This document shows positions 38,101 through 50,060 of a DNA stretch of 64,000 nucleotides, piece after piece (the stretch's first letter is position 1; each line of letters starts with the position of its first letter). This DNA comes from Marsupella aquatica (Eukaryota; Plantae; Marchantiophyta): the NCBI GenBank assembly GCA_973895155.1, contig OZ316897.1:13267375-13331374 (forward strand), written 5' to 3'. The position numbers and the translations under genes were made by a program. The notes under the pieces were generated by a model. The model ran no database searches and was not told where the DNA came from. It was given only the letters and a program-made list of their open reading frames with translations.

Positions 38101-39829
38101 ACAATCTAGGGTCAGGCATGTTAACGAAATACATCATAGAAACAGTCACAGGACATTGGTTGCTAATCACCAGCATTTTCTCCCTAAAATGCATCTCCTG
38201 CCAGCCATGTAACTGCAATCCATCCACAGTGAGCCAAATGAATTTGCTTATCAGCTAGAGGGGTCTTAGAGCACTCCCACCCGTGCTCACCAAATAGCCC
38301 CGCCATTGGGTTTAGCAAGCCGGTTTGGCACCCACACATTTGGGGTGTGATTGTGAAGGGTCTGATGAGCTTCACCATCTAGCAGGCCTTTAATTAGCAC
38401 AAGAAAAAAGCCAAAGTCTCTCTGGACCTGCCCCTGCAGAGTCATTTGATCAAAACTGAGAAGGCTGATAACAGGTGTGTGAGTCAATCTTGGTGGGCTC
38501 TGTCCAGTTAGGTTGTGGAGCACAGGACTGCCAGCCTTGGGAGGAAAAAAGGCCGGGCTCTAGGTTTGGCTGCACAGACCAGGTAATGTCCAGGTTCCAA
38601 AACTGGGGCTTCTATACTAGTCCCAGCAGGTGGGAGTGGTCTTACATATCATTTGTCCAGTGGCACATTTTATCCACATTATCATCCCAACTCATAGATG
38701 TTACAGCTTAGTGTGTAACTCAACCTAACTCTGAGTACAAGGAAACTTCAAGTAAATGGAAGGGAATTACATGACAATTCCTGTCATATGTTAACTACTA
38801 TCTCTGTCCCAACCAAAATCCATTTCTATTGTCATGGTAAAACTTTGAAGGAGGCCTTCTATTTAAATGGAGGGCATTTTTTAAAAAGAGGGACCGTGTC
38901 AAAAAACCTTGTATTTTTCAATTCACTAAGCAACCTTAAACCAGTTTTTACTAATATGCCCCCCAAAACGAGCAAAAATGAAATTGATTGGTTCCGTTTT
39001 GTAATGCTCCTGTGCCCATTTTCATTAAGGAACTGCAGTAGTGTTACTACAGAAAAAGTGTTGGTAACCCTATCGACTACCATGCGAGGAAACAGGAAAA
39101 AATTTGCTCGTAACAGTAAATTTTTTGCTGTTACGAGTAAAAAAATTCCTTGAAATGGGTGATTTTTTGCTCAAACCAAAGTTTGGACTTGTTGGCTGCT
39201 AGTAACAGCAAGCCTCGCTAGCAAAAACCCATCCAACAGTCTGTTCATATTTGAATGACTAATGTTTGTTTAAGAAACCTTTCAAGTGAAGTATGTCAAT
39301 GTAACTTTTTTTTTAAACAAATTGGACAATCCAAAATAGATATAAAGATCATCACCAAAGCACTTGGCAACGAGTTTTACTTGCAATTTAAATGATGGGC
39401 CTGGAGATTGGGAGTCATCAGTATCTCAGATAAACACACAAAATTGGCACCTAACCAACATAAAAGGTTGGCAGTGATTTCAGGGAGAGTTGCCAACTGT
39501 AAAAAAAGCCAAGTCTGTAAAGACATGATATCCGACCTTATCAGGGTATGTGACTGTGTCACTGATAGTTTTCTCAATGAGTAACAAACCAGGGTCCAAA
39601 TCATGAACCTACAAAACTTTTCAAAAATATAGCTAGCGACCTCGCTAGCAAACCTGATGAACCAATATCTGGTGTTTTATAAATAAATTAAAGGGAACTT
39701 CATATGGAGTGTAAATATGATCTCTCCCTACCAACACACAAAAAAGTCTACTCCCAACGGTACTTACATATATATTAAAAACCAATGAAAACCTTATTAA
39801 AACCAAACCTCACTCTAAAGTGGATAACA

Positions 39830-42800
39830 TCAAACCTCAACTCCCCTTTGGATCAGATCGGAAACTTCAGCGACAGTTAAAATAGGCTGCTTGACTACAT
39901 CCGAAGTCTCTAGGTTCAAATGGTAAACATTCTTGTAAACCCAAAGGATATGTTTGCAAGACATGTAAGGCTTTCCATGCGAATGCCGCTTATAGAAATC
40001 CTCACAGGAGCAACATGGGTAGACGCACAACTCAATCCAATATTTACTAGATTTACTAGGGTTGTTTTCATGCGTCACAGTCAAAACTGTCTTCCCCATC
40101 CGTTACCTTGGATGATCTTTTCACAAGCCACAATCCTCATTTGCAAGACATTTGCAGACTGAATCCTTTTAACAAGTTCTGCAGTGAAGTTGAAACGTTG
40201 ACGAGCACCCTTCCCATTCCGCGTCCTCAGTCGTCTATTCAAATAGTTTACGTCAACCTTTTCTGGAAAAGAGTTCACGTCAATTCAAAGTTCCATGCGA
40301 CGTGGAGGAGCAACAGTGCCATCTGGTTCGCAATCCATGTAATAGAGACCATCAATCTGAAAACCCAAGCCAATCAAGAAGCTGATTTCAGGAGGAGTTA
40401 AGTCTGTCCCTCGAAGAACTTTTAGGGTACTAAGGGAAGTTGGGCAATTGACTTGCGCTCCCGGTCTTGTGGCAGACATTGTTTGGGCAGAATTGAAGTA
40501 TAAGAGTTGAGGATGTGGTGAAGTCATCCTCAAACCATGGATTGCAACCCCAACCACACCGCAAGACCGAGTATGAAAACCTACTTCCTTGATTAAGTTT
40601 CGACACTCATCTCTTCCAGAAATGGTCCTATCCATAGACCCATTGCACACTGGACCATTTCCTTTCCCGCACCGCCTTAAGTGCCAAGTACCAAATGGGA
40701 CATCAACTTCATTTACCGCAGGTATTCTCCTTGGTGAAACATAAACTGGTTCCTCTGGACGGACAGGAGATATATGTTGTTGTGAGAATGACTTAGGAAT
40801 TTCAAAAGTGTCATCTCCTGAGCTCTCAATGTCATTCCCTTCATTATCGGAAAGAAGAATCACGACGGATGGATCTGGACAACTAGAGAATGTTGAAGGA
40901 TGGAGTATGCCCGAACTCTCCTTCAACTTGTCGCTCTCTTCCACGACATTGACACTCCGGAAATCAGAATATAAATTTCTTGGATGTACGCCTCTTGTCA
41001 CCGCCTCTGTGCACATCACCTTATCATGTCGATGAGAGTCTTCAGCACCAACTCTAGCCGAAGCTTGGCCTTTTCGTTTTCCGGACTTTGTGCAAAGATC
41101 TCCATGAAGTGGTTGAGTGCGATGGAACTCATATTTTGGAGATGATTCAAGCAGAAGATTGGTTGCTTTCTCAAAAGCATCAAGGGATCCTAGTGTATTT
41201 GCATTCCTATATGCAAGTTCAAATATGGTAGGTCCATGTCCCCTGTGGCATCCTTCAATGTACGCAGCAAAGGCAGCAATCTGCCCACCAGCATGATTTT
41301 GATCAAGCTCACAAGCTTCAATCAGTCCAATCTTCTTCTTCATTTGGCAAGCTCTCATTGAACCATGTACAGATTCGGCTCCAGTACAATTTGGCATCAA
41401 CGCTAACTCCTTTGCTGTTTGAGTCTGAAGTCCAGACATAAACAAACACAATCATTGGGAGGCACATACTTGATTTGAAGATAACATTCATACACGAAAG
41501 GAATGCTAGCGACATCGCTAGCCAAAAACAACGAGTTTACTTACCAGTCTGAAGAAGTTTCCCCACTGTCGCCATCGGACAACCCACCAAGCGATCCAGC
41601 CTTGCAAAGATCTCAATTTCCCAGGGTGACAATTCCCACACTTCCACCACTCTTGAATATCGTTAGCCACCCTGTAAGCTTGAACATATGAGGGTGCATT
41701 CCTAAATTTCTCCCACATTTGGTAGTGTTTGGAGTGTTTCCCTTCACGAATTCCCTCCACGGTATGACATCTTAGTGACTGCAAGAAATGGAATGCATCA
41801 CTATGTTCTTTCTCAGGGAGACGAACACCATCAAAGAAAACATTTCTCACAGCGATCCATCCAGCTTCAACATTGTCAGCCATAAAACCAGCTATGTTTA
41901 CATTGGCAATACCATTCTCAGCAACAACTTCCAACATTAAATGCCATGCAGTTTCCAGTGAATCAACATCCTCGGCTTTCAATTCACAAGTGAAGATAGT
42001 ACAAAGAGCGCGATAAGTGTGATCGTATACGTGAGCACTAAAAGTTAACCAACCAGTAGTTATTCTGTGCATCATGTCCAAATTCACCCAAGCTCCCTCT
42101 AAAGTTCCACCTTTTTGCATCCGATTGAGAATGTCAACTCCAGAACCAGGACCTTTGGTACTCATCTTGAATACATGCGCTCGAATGGACTTGCCAGCCT
42201 GGCCAGGGAATAGGAAACGCTGTACAAATGGAAATCTCACACGCATTTGCATGTCACAAAGCGAATCCAACTCACCTTTCTTGGGATTCCCAATTTTAAC
42301 GCTCCGGAAAATTGCATGGAATTTTGCCGATGAGGACACAACTTTCATCGAGTTCCACAGTTCCACCTCCTCTTCTTTTGAAAGATCGTGACATGCCTCA
42401 GGGTGGAGAAGAGATATCAATGTACCTATTGAAATATTCTTCACATGGGAAGGGGTTGCCAAGGGATGAGCTGACTGAACTTCTTGAATAACATCTTCCG
42501 CCTTTTTTTTTTGCAACTCGACACTTCCCCGTTCGGATCGGATGATCATGAACTCCCATATGCACTGCGAGTCTAGACATGTGTTTTGAGACATGAGAGT
42601 CCAAAGTTGGCTTTGCATAAACATAAAACATCATTGCTGGACAAGGCCTGACACAATAAGGTCTCTCATCACAAAAGCCACAAACCAAACCTCCTTCCGG
42701 AACCAGATTTCCCGGCTGGAAGACATCGGTCATTAGTGATCTTCCAGGAAATGTCGCTTCATTCCTCATTCCTGTCTCCTTGAACCTTGAACAATTCAGA

Positions 42801-43575
42801 TTTTGGCACTGCACAACACCACTGCAACGGACCTTGAAAACAGACCAATGATTATGTGGCTTTAGGTTAGCCAAAGTAGTGACCAAGCGGGTCCAAGGGT
42901 AGCCACCATTGTTGCGGTCCATGTCAAGAAGCCCTTGACCGCAACCAAATCTTGACTCCACCGGAGGAAGCTCGTATACCTTGTCTCCATTGTAACTTGT
43001 TGGAAGACGATCAACTTGGACATCAACCCACGAGACATCTCTTCTAAATCTTGCTAGCTCACTTGCCCCAATAATGCTCAAAAACATTTCAAGCGCACCA
43101 ATTCTGTAGACTTTCTGCAAAAGATGACATCCCGGAGCACTTGGAAGAGCAGTATCTACTTCCAATTTTGTAGAACAACTTCCAAAAACAGAATTAGTAC
43201 CCTCAAGAGTTGTAAACTCAAAACTAGAGGCCTAGACATTCGTTTCTCTCCCCGGGGGAGAGTCCAGGTCTACAAGCACTTTTCCTTGAGGGTTCTGGAA
43301 GGCTCTGGAAAATCATCTTTGCCTGATATAACCTCCACCACATCTCCGGAAGCAACCTCCCAAACTCTTTCACCAAGTAGAGTTCCTGAAATTAATTCGT
43401 CCTTCCTTGATCCATGGAGTGAAACAAGAAAGAACAATCTCGAAATGAAATCACAGTTATTGAGCCCAAATCTTGTCAAAAGAAAGGCCTCGATCACATT
43501 AGTGATCTTTCTCACAGATGAAAGAGTAGCAATGTCTCCAGTGCTCCGACGCCAAAAGATGACGCTCGGAGCCAT
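39830..43575 (-). pseudogene. Transposase: GCM-like zinc domain + MULE-type DDE core + C-terminal SWIM finger (disrupted)
   Basis: GCM-like: KVRCSGVVQC..C...CGFC..PC...GVHDHP. DDE: WVNLDMMH, GFMADN, DAFHF (at the CxxH position), TGAESVH. SWIM: CSCEDF...SCKH. Intron at ~41432-41543. Lesions: frameshift at the T run ~42503-42512, in-frame TGA at 40285-87, frameshift at ~40097, stop at 43270. Confidence 0.8.
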
Positions 43576-44927
43576 CAAATGAGGACCAAGACAAGAACCC
43601 AAATGTCACAAACATCATGGATGAATATATAGAATAATATGAAGACATTAAAGTTTAGAATAAAACGGAACAACACTTTAACGTTGCATATACGTCAAAA
43701 CTTCAACGGCTCTAATACCTTCAAGAAATGAATTATTGCTAGCGATATTGCTAGCCTAAATTTGCTATCATAAAGGGCTCCATATAATCCAAAGTTATAT
43801 CTTGTAATCGTCCAAACATTGACTGTTTTCTGTTGACAACAAGGATATCTTGGGTTGTTCCTAAATGTTTACTGAACTTGGAGTACATTAGGAGGATTAT
43901 TGAACTTGGAGCTTCGTGTTAAACAACGGTTTTTGCTAGCGACCTCGCTAGACTTAATTTAGGAAAATTTTCTGTGTTTAAGATGGACTCTATTATTAAA
44001 CCAACTCTATTTTTAGTGATTCTATAATATGATTTTCACTCACAAATTGACATTAATAGAGGAGAGGATTCGGAGATGTCCCATATATTAAACCTTTTAG
44101 AAACCCTGAATCAGGCCAGCGATATCACTAGCCTGATGCACCCAAAATTTAGGGTAGACTTTTATTTGAGTTTGGAATTAAAATGAGGGATATCGAAACA
44201 AATATATTTCCAAAACGTTACATGTTTACATGTCATTAAACATTGTTAAGTTTGTTTGACTTTTGTCAAGTATTTTAGAATTTAGGAAAGAATTAAGGGT
44301 TCATTTGAAAACAATACATCACTTTTAACCTACCCCATTGACACTAATTTGGCCAGCAATGTCACTGGTAAAAAATTGTCTTAAATACATGTCTTAAACA
44401 AAGTATAGAGTTTGCCTATTTTTCCTTATCAATCATCTAATCAGTCATCTAATTAGTCATCTAACGACAAAATTATATTACCGTTGGAAGGGTTAACTTC
44501 ATTTTGAAGAGTAAATTTCATAAAAACTTCCTTTTCTACATCCATAGGCATATTTTGTATGACACCCAACCCAAGTTATTTTCAACGGACACCCAACCCA
44601 AGTTGGTCAACTATAGAGTAATTGACTTGACGAACCGTTGGAGTCAAATGTACATTTCATCCGAACGAGTTGTTGTTAAGCAGTAATTAGACTCATTCTT
44701 AATGTTAACTGATGCTTTGTTAACGTTAGTTAGCACCAGCGGGATCTTTGGCATGAAGGTGTTAAATACTGATATTCCCTGTCAATGTCAGATACACTGT
44801 AGGTTACTTTGGATTCCCCCGATATCTTGCTTAGGATTCCTAACACATGTGACTTTGGATTCCTTTGCAAATCACCGTACCAATTCCTTGTATTCCGTTT
44901 ACATGGTTCTCCTCTCCTTATCAGTCG

Positions 44928-47900
44928 ATGGCAACTTTTGCATCCCCTGAGTCTATTTTGTCCATTGCCTCACAATCAACTGCCTCTCAACGTCGAGAGA
45001 CCAGGAGTTCTACAAGCCACAAAGCACTTGCTTCGGGGCTAAAGACTCCAAGGAGGCGAAAGCTTGTTGATCCTATGGATATTGTGCCACCTTCGATGGA
45101 TTCTGCCAAGTCCAAGCCTTTCTCAGTTGTCATTAACCGCCATCTTTACCAGTTTGGGCTGGACAAATTTGGGTATCCTCTGGTTACCCCTTGAATTCCA
45201 TTGTGTCGAATGCAGAACATGCAGCTTGTGAGGTCTCTTCAGACAGATTTGAATGCAATTGAGACTTTGAAGAATGAGTTCCAGGCTCAAGGGTACATTG
45301 AGGATGCACCTCATTTTTATGTGCAAATGACAAATGAGAATGGCAACGTGCAGTTTCTCAACGACACAATCAAACAGGGCTGGGATCCAATGTGGTTGGC
45401 GTAGAATGAAGCTTTTGAGAGGGAGTGTGATTCGCATCCTGATTTTGCTATGCTCAAGGATAAAATGTTTTGTGTTTTTGATGGCAATCACCGTCTCTAT
45501 TCGTGGAACCTGCTTGCTGCTGAGAATCCTCACGATGTCAAATATCATCCTCGAGTTGTCTCAAAGATATTCTTGAAAGGAGAGAAGGATACTTTCGTGC
45601 AGATTGAATCTGCAATGCATGCTCTCAACCGGTGAGAAGATCTTTGACACATTTGATCTTTTTCCTCCATCTTTCGTGCATGATTTGTTCTTGTTGTTTT
45701 CTGAATTATTGCCTCATTGTCAGGTTGACACAATGCCACGTCGAAAATTCATGGGTGCTGGAAGCTGATCGGGTCCAGAAGATTTTGTGCACAGACCTCT
45801 CAGTTTACAAAGATTTAATTGATCTAGAGAATTTCAAGTTATTTCAGCAGAAGATGCAAAATGTGAAGAAGCCGTCGTGGTATTCGAAGCAGATGACCTT
45901 AGATGCATGTATTTATATTCTTTCAGCGGCAAACATAGCTTCGCAAACTGCTGACTTACTCAAGAAGTTTGCACTGAAGGAGGAACTTGGTGAACCTCTA
46001 TCAAAAGCTGCAAAGGACATTGCAATTTGAGATATGATGAAGGAGCAACTCTCTGACTGGAATGTCAAAGTTCCAAAGTTTGCCCCGCTTCTGAATCCAG
46101 ACTTTGGGGATTTCTTCAAGAAATGTGTTGAGATGCACAATTATTGTGAGAAAGAAAGGAAGGAAGCTCAGTGGACGGATGATAAGGGGAGAGGGAATGT
46201 TTTGTGTGGCCTTGATTGTGCAAGGCTTTTCACCGGGGTAACTTCTCTGAGTCCACAACTCCATTGCACTCTTCTCAAAGCACAATGCAAACCAGAGTTG
46301 CGTAAACAATATTTCCACCCATATCAATTTTTGGATAGTGAGACCAAGCTCTGGTTGCATCGATGGGCAACCTGGGAACAGGTAGAGTCCATTGCGAGGT
46401 GCTTATTAAGTGAAGCAATCTCTGAGATTATTCTCACTGTCCTTAAATCTAGAATTCTTTCTTCCCCAGAGAATAGTCAGGCATCCCTCCTTGTTGAAAT
46501 TGATGATGAGTTTGAGGATTTCCTGCAGCAGGTTAAGGTAAGGTTCTTTAAGAGCATTTGGAACCCAAAAGTTGGGGAGAAGATTGACATTGCTGCTTTT
46601 CAACGGAGGGCAAAAAGATATGTTTACAGGTTTTTTGTTGACTGGGAGGTAGCAAATAGATCTTTTTGGTGGTGTTATCCGGCATGTTTCTCTCAATGGG
46701 CGCAATATGCAAGAGATGATTCCGGTTGTGAGAAGTTTGGGGAGTACTCGATGTACCCTATTAAGGACATTGAACCCTTGCGGAAGATAAGTGAATGGGA
46801 GGTGTTGCATTGTCCCTGGTATTTAGATTTGGAGAATTGGTCACTGACATTTGATGTGACAGAGAAAGCTGCGCTTCAAAAGATCAATCGTGGCTTGGTC
46901 CCAGAATTCTTTATTAGTGAATCTAAATTGTGCAACCCGGAAGTAGAAATTGCTGGCTGTGTGTCGATGGAGCAGGCATGCCTCGGGGTGGCACCAACTG
47001 TTGATAGGAGCCGCCCTCGGACATTGAAGAGGGATGTTGCCAAGGAGGTATCAAAAGATGGCTCTATGATTTCTGGAAAGAAAAGTAAGTATATTCTTAT
47101 CTCTCCTAAGCTTACTTCTATTACCTCTCCCAAGCTGCTATTCTGATTAAGTTTATGACATATCCTGAGGCTCTTAGGTTGCTTTTTGTACCAAAAAAGG
47201 AGGAAGTCTTCAGGTTCCGAGAGTGTTCAAACTGTGACTAATGGTCGCCAGGAGGATCTTGTTGAGCCTGAGTCTCTCGGTTTTGAAATTGTGACTAAGC
47301 CGGGAGGTGATAAGTCAGGGTCCCAGAGGTTGAAGAAGAAGCGAAAGGTTCAAGTGTTGTCAGATTCTGATGAGGAAGAAATTTCAATCCGAGAGGGTGT
47401 CACGAGGCTCTGTGGACTCCAGTTGGATGGAAGGCGACATTTCCTTGCAAAGAGTAATCTGCGCTTGACGGCCGACTCGATAAGTATGAAGAAGGTTCAA
47501 CCTTCTTGGATGGGGGAGGGGGATCAATGGCTTTCGGAGATTTCAAGTTCTTCCGAACACCCGAATCCCTTAAAAATCAACGGGAAGCCTTGACTGGGAC
47601 CGGTGCCCATCTGGGGTTCATAGCTCTTCCGACTGGGCTGAGGCCTCGTGTTACCGATGTGGACATTCCCCCATGGAATGTCTGGGTTGAGAAGCTCCCT
47701 TACTATTTCTTTGGAGTGATGAGGCCCATGTTGGCCGATGATGGGTATGTGGCCATTCTCCATAGTGGAGAATTTAACCACACAAAGCAAATTTTCGCTG
47801 CTATTGAACAGAGGAACAAATTTAAACACCTTCAGAAGTACCGCGTTTTATTGGGGTCCCCAATGTGGATGCCAGACATGAACATTGAGGTGACTGAGAT

Positions 47901-48995
47901 TTGTGTAAAATATGCATGGTTTAGTATGTTTTTTTGACAGCGATCTTGCTGGCCTTCCTGGATTCATTAATTGACATTTTTTGTTCTTTTCCAGGTTTGC
48001 AACTTAAGCCTGGATGTCTTTTGTCGAGTGGAATTCAATGGGAAGATCCCAAAAGACCCGAAGTATGTCCCTTTGGCAACGTCTGAAGATGCATCACATA
48101 AGACGATGTTGAGTCTTTGTTATCCAAATTAAAAGGGATACCAAGGCAGAGTTAGCTTTTTCTGGTTCCTCTCGGTTGTCTGTTGGACTCATGCAGGCTG
48201 TGATGGAGCTTCTCACAAAGCCTAGAGACATTGTGCTTGATTGGAATATTGGAGACGACAGTTCATTTTCAGCTGGAGAACTCTCCGGGAGGTTCGTTGT
48301 TGGGGTCGAGGATAGGGATGTTCTCCATGGTGCTGCAGAGAAGGCATTGAAGAGTGTTCTTGAGAGACACAAGAAAATTGAAGACCTCACTGAAACATTG
48401 GAGGACTTCGATTCAGAGGATGAATTTTCTCTTGCAGGATCAAAGAGTGGAAAAAACAAAGATGGGGCTCCTAATGTTCCTGATGCAAAAGATGGGGATG
48501 ATGAATTTGACCTGGAGTAATGTACTGGTCCTCTCGCTTATACCAGATCCCTTTGCTTTAATCAATTGGCTGGTGAAGCTTGCTATTGTCTTTCGATTGG
48601 ATATTTCATTGATAGTGCTCTCATTGTTTTCATGATTTCAGAGATTCTCGTGTCGACTGGTTTTGTGAAGAGAGATTTGGCTTCGAAGGAAGATTGAAGA
48701 ATCTTGCATTGTTTCTCCTCAGAAGACGTTTACTCTGCCTTGCTATGCAGAGAAGTCGGCAATTCAGTCGGATGATGCTTTTGTAATCTCCTGGGAAGGC
48801 AAATGTCGTAGGTCACATCATGGCGCCAGACAAAATTTATATTGCTTGCCTTTTGTTGACGATGAGGCATGCCTTGTTAAGCAATATGTTGATGAGTCTG
48901 CTGAGTCAACTGATCGGGATTTCAGTAGTGACCCGAGCAATACTAGTAGTAGGAATGACATAGAGTCGGATGAAAGTCATTCAAGTGACTTATGA
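44928..48995 (+). pseudogene. ParB/Srx-like domain + beta-class N4C/N6A DNA methyltransferase-like fusion gene (disrupted, intron-containing)
   Basis: N-terminus: IPLCRM..VRSL..IETLKNEFQAQGY..FYV...FCVFDGNHRLYSW..ESAMHALNR. C-terminus: LGFIALPTG..PPWN...RPMLADDGYVAIL, then SVGLMQAVMELLTKPRDIVLDWNIGDDSSFSAGELSGRFVVGVE. In-frame stops at 45192, 45402 and 46028; frameshifts at ~47515 and ~48130. Introns 45632-45723, 47085-47177 and 47890-47994. The 3' end is uncertain. Confidence 0.7.
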
Positions 48996-49564
48996 TTTTC
49001 TGAGGGAATAGAATGATATCCCTGGACAGTTTACTCACTTACTGTCAGTTTTGACAAAGTATTGGAGGCAGTACACTTTTTGGAAATATGACTTTGAAAC
49101 GGGTTTGAAATCTGAGTTGATTCATTGACTATGCCTTTTCATATCCGCCTGGTGTTTTACTAGCTTGTGTTTATTCATATGGTTTGTCAATGATTGAAGG
49201 CTAGCGACCTTGCTGGACATAAAATTGTATGATCCCATTCTGGAAAAAAGGTTCATTTCTGTTGTAGAAGTCTCACTATGCTCCCAATTTGCCACTCTGA
49301 CCATTAGTTTTACCTCGCTAGCAACCATTAACCTCGCTGTCAATATCTCCTGTTTCCTCGCACCATACAAACCCCCACACTGATATGTGAGTAATTCCCA
49401 GTTGTCTAACTGGTGAGTTATGGACTAAATCTATATGGACTTCAAATCAATGTTTCGCAACTTTTTGTTCTTAACAGACATCAATCAGACATGGCCCTGA
49501 GGAGCTTCAGAGGATGGGCACAAAAACCAAAAAAAATCACATGAAAAGAATAGTTAGGTCAGAC

Positions 49565-49690
49565 GTTGGATGACCAAAATCTGTTTGCCATACTGCTTGA
49601 GGATTGTGACCAAAATCTGTTTGCCATAATGCTGGAGGATTGAGACCCCCATAACCGGTTCCCATATTGCTCTAGGATTGAGACCCCCTT
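49565..49690. repeat. Short ~36-bp tandem repeats
   Basis: TGACCAAAATCTGTTTGCCATA..GCT.GAGGATTG twice, plus AGGATTGAGACCCC twice. Confidence 0.7.
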
Positions 49691-50060
49691 TAGAGCAAGT
49701 GCAACAATACACACTACCCCAAAAGCGTCAACAGATATCTCTAAGTGTTCTAAACAATGCATTTTCGCTTATGGATGTAGTATGTACCCTTATAGAGGTA
49801 TTGCACTTATGTTTTGGTCATCTCGCGAAGACCTTAGAACAAGTGCAAAACAAACTTCAGCAAAGACGACGAACGATCTTGCAGAAACCAGAGTTTGCAC
49901 TTAGGAAGAAGTGGTTTCCGCGCAACACAAAATGCATTCAGCAGGGTTTTGGGTTTTAGTGGTGACACATTCGTTTCTACACCAGAAGGAATGAGCTTTT
50001 CAATCCGTTAATTCTGCAGTAAGAATCTGTGCGGCGATGGAGCTTAACGACAGGAGCAAC

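Larger units (their letters stand above)
39084..49361. mobile_element. 10.3-kb two-gene Mutator-like DNA transposon with 14-bp TIRs and a 5-bp TSD
   Basis: Left GCGAGGAAACAGGA (39084-39097) and right TCCTGTTTCCTCGC (49348-49361) are a perfect inverted pair. ACCAT flanks both sides (39079-83, 49362-66). The element encloses a divergent transposase and a second gene. Confidence 0.88.

Noticed and set aside
35600-38480. Coding-like fragments at ~35.6-35.9 kb and ~37.9-38.5 kb
   Set aside because: Broken frames with no identifiable family; a BLASTx search is needed.
47640-48310. Calling the methyltransferase-like domain an active enzyme
   Set aside because: There is no canonical (D/N/S)PP(Y/F/W), FxGxG reads NIGDD, and this copy is frameshifted. 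Only fold similarity is supported.
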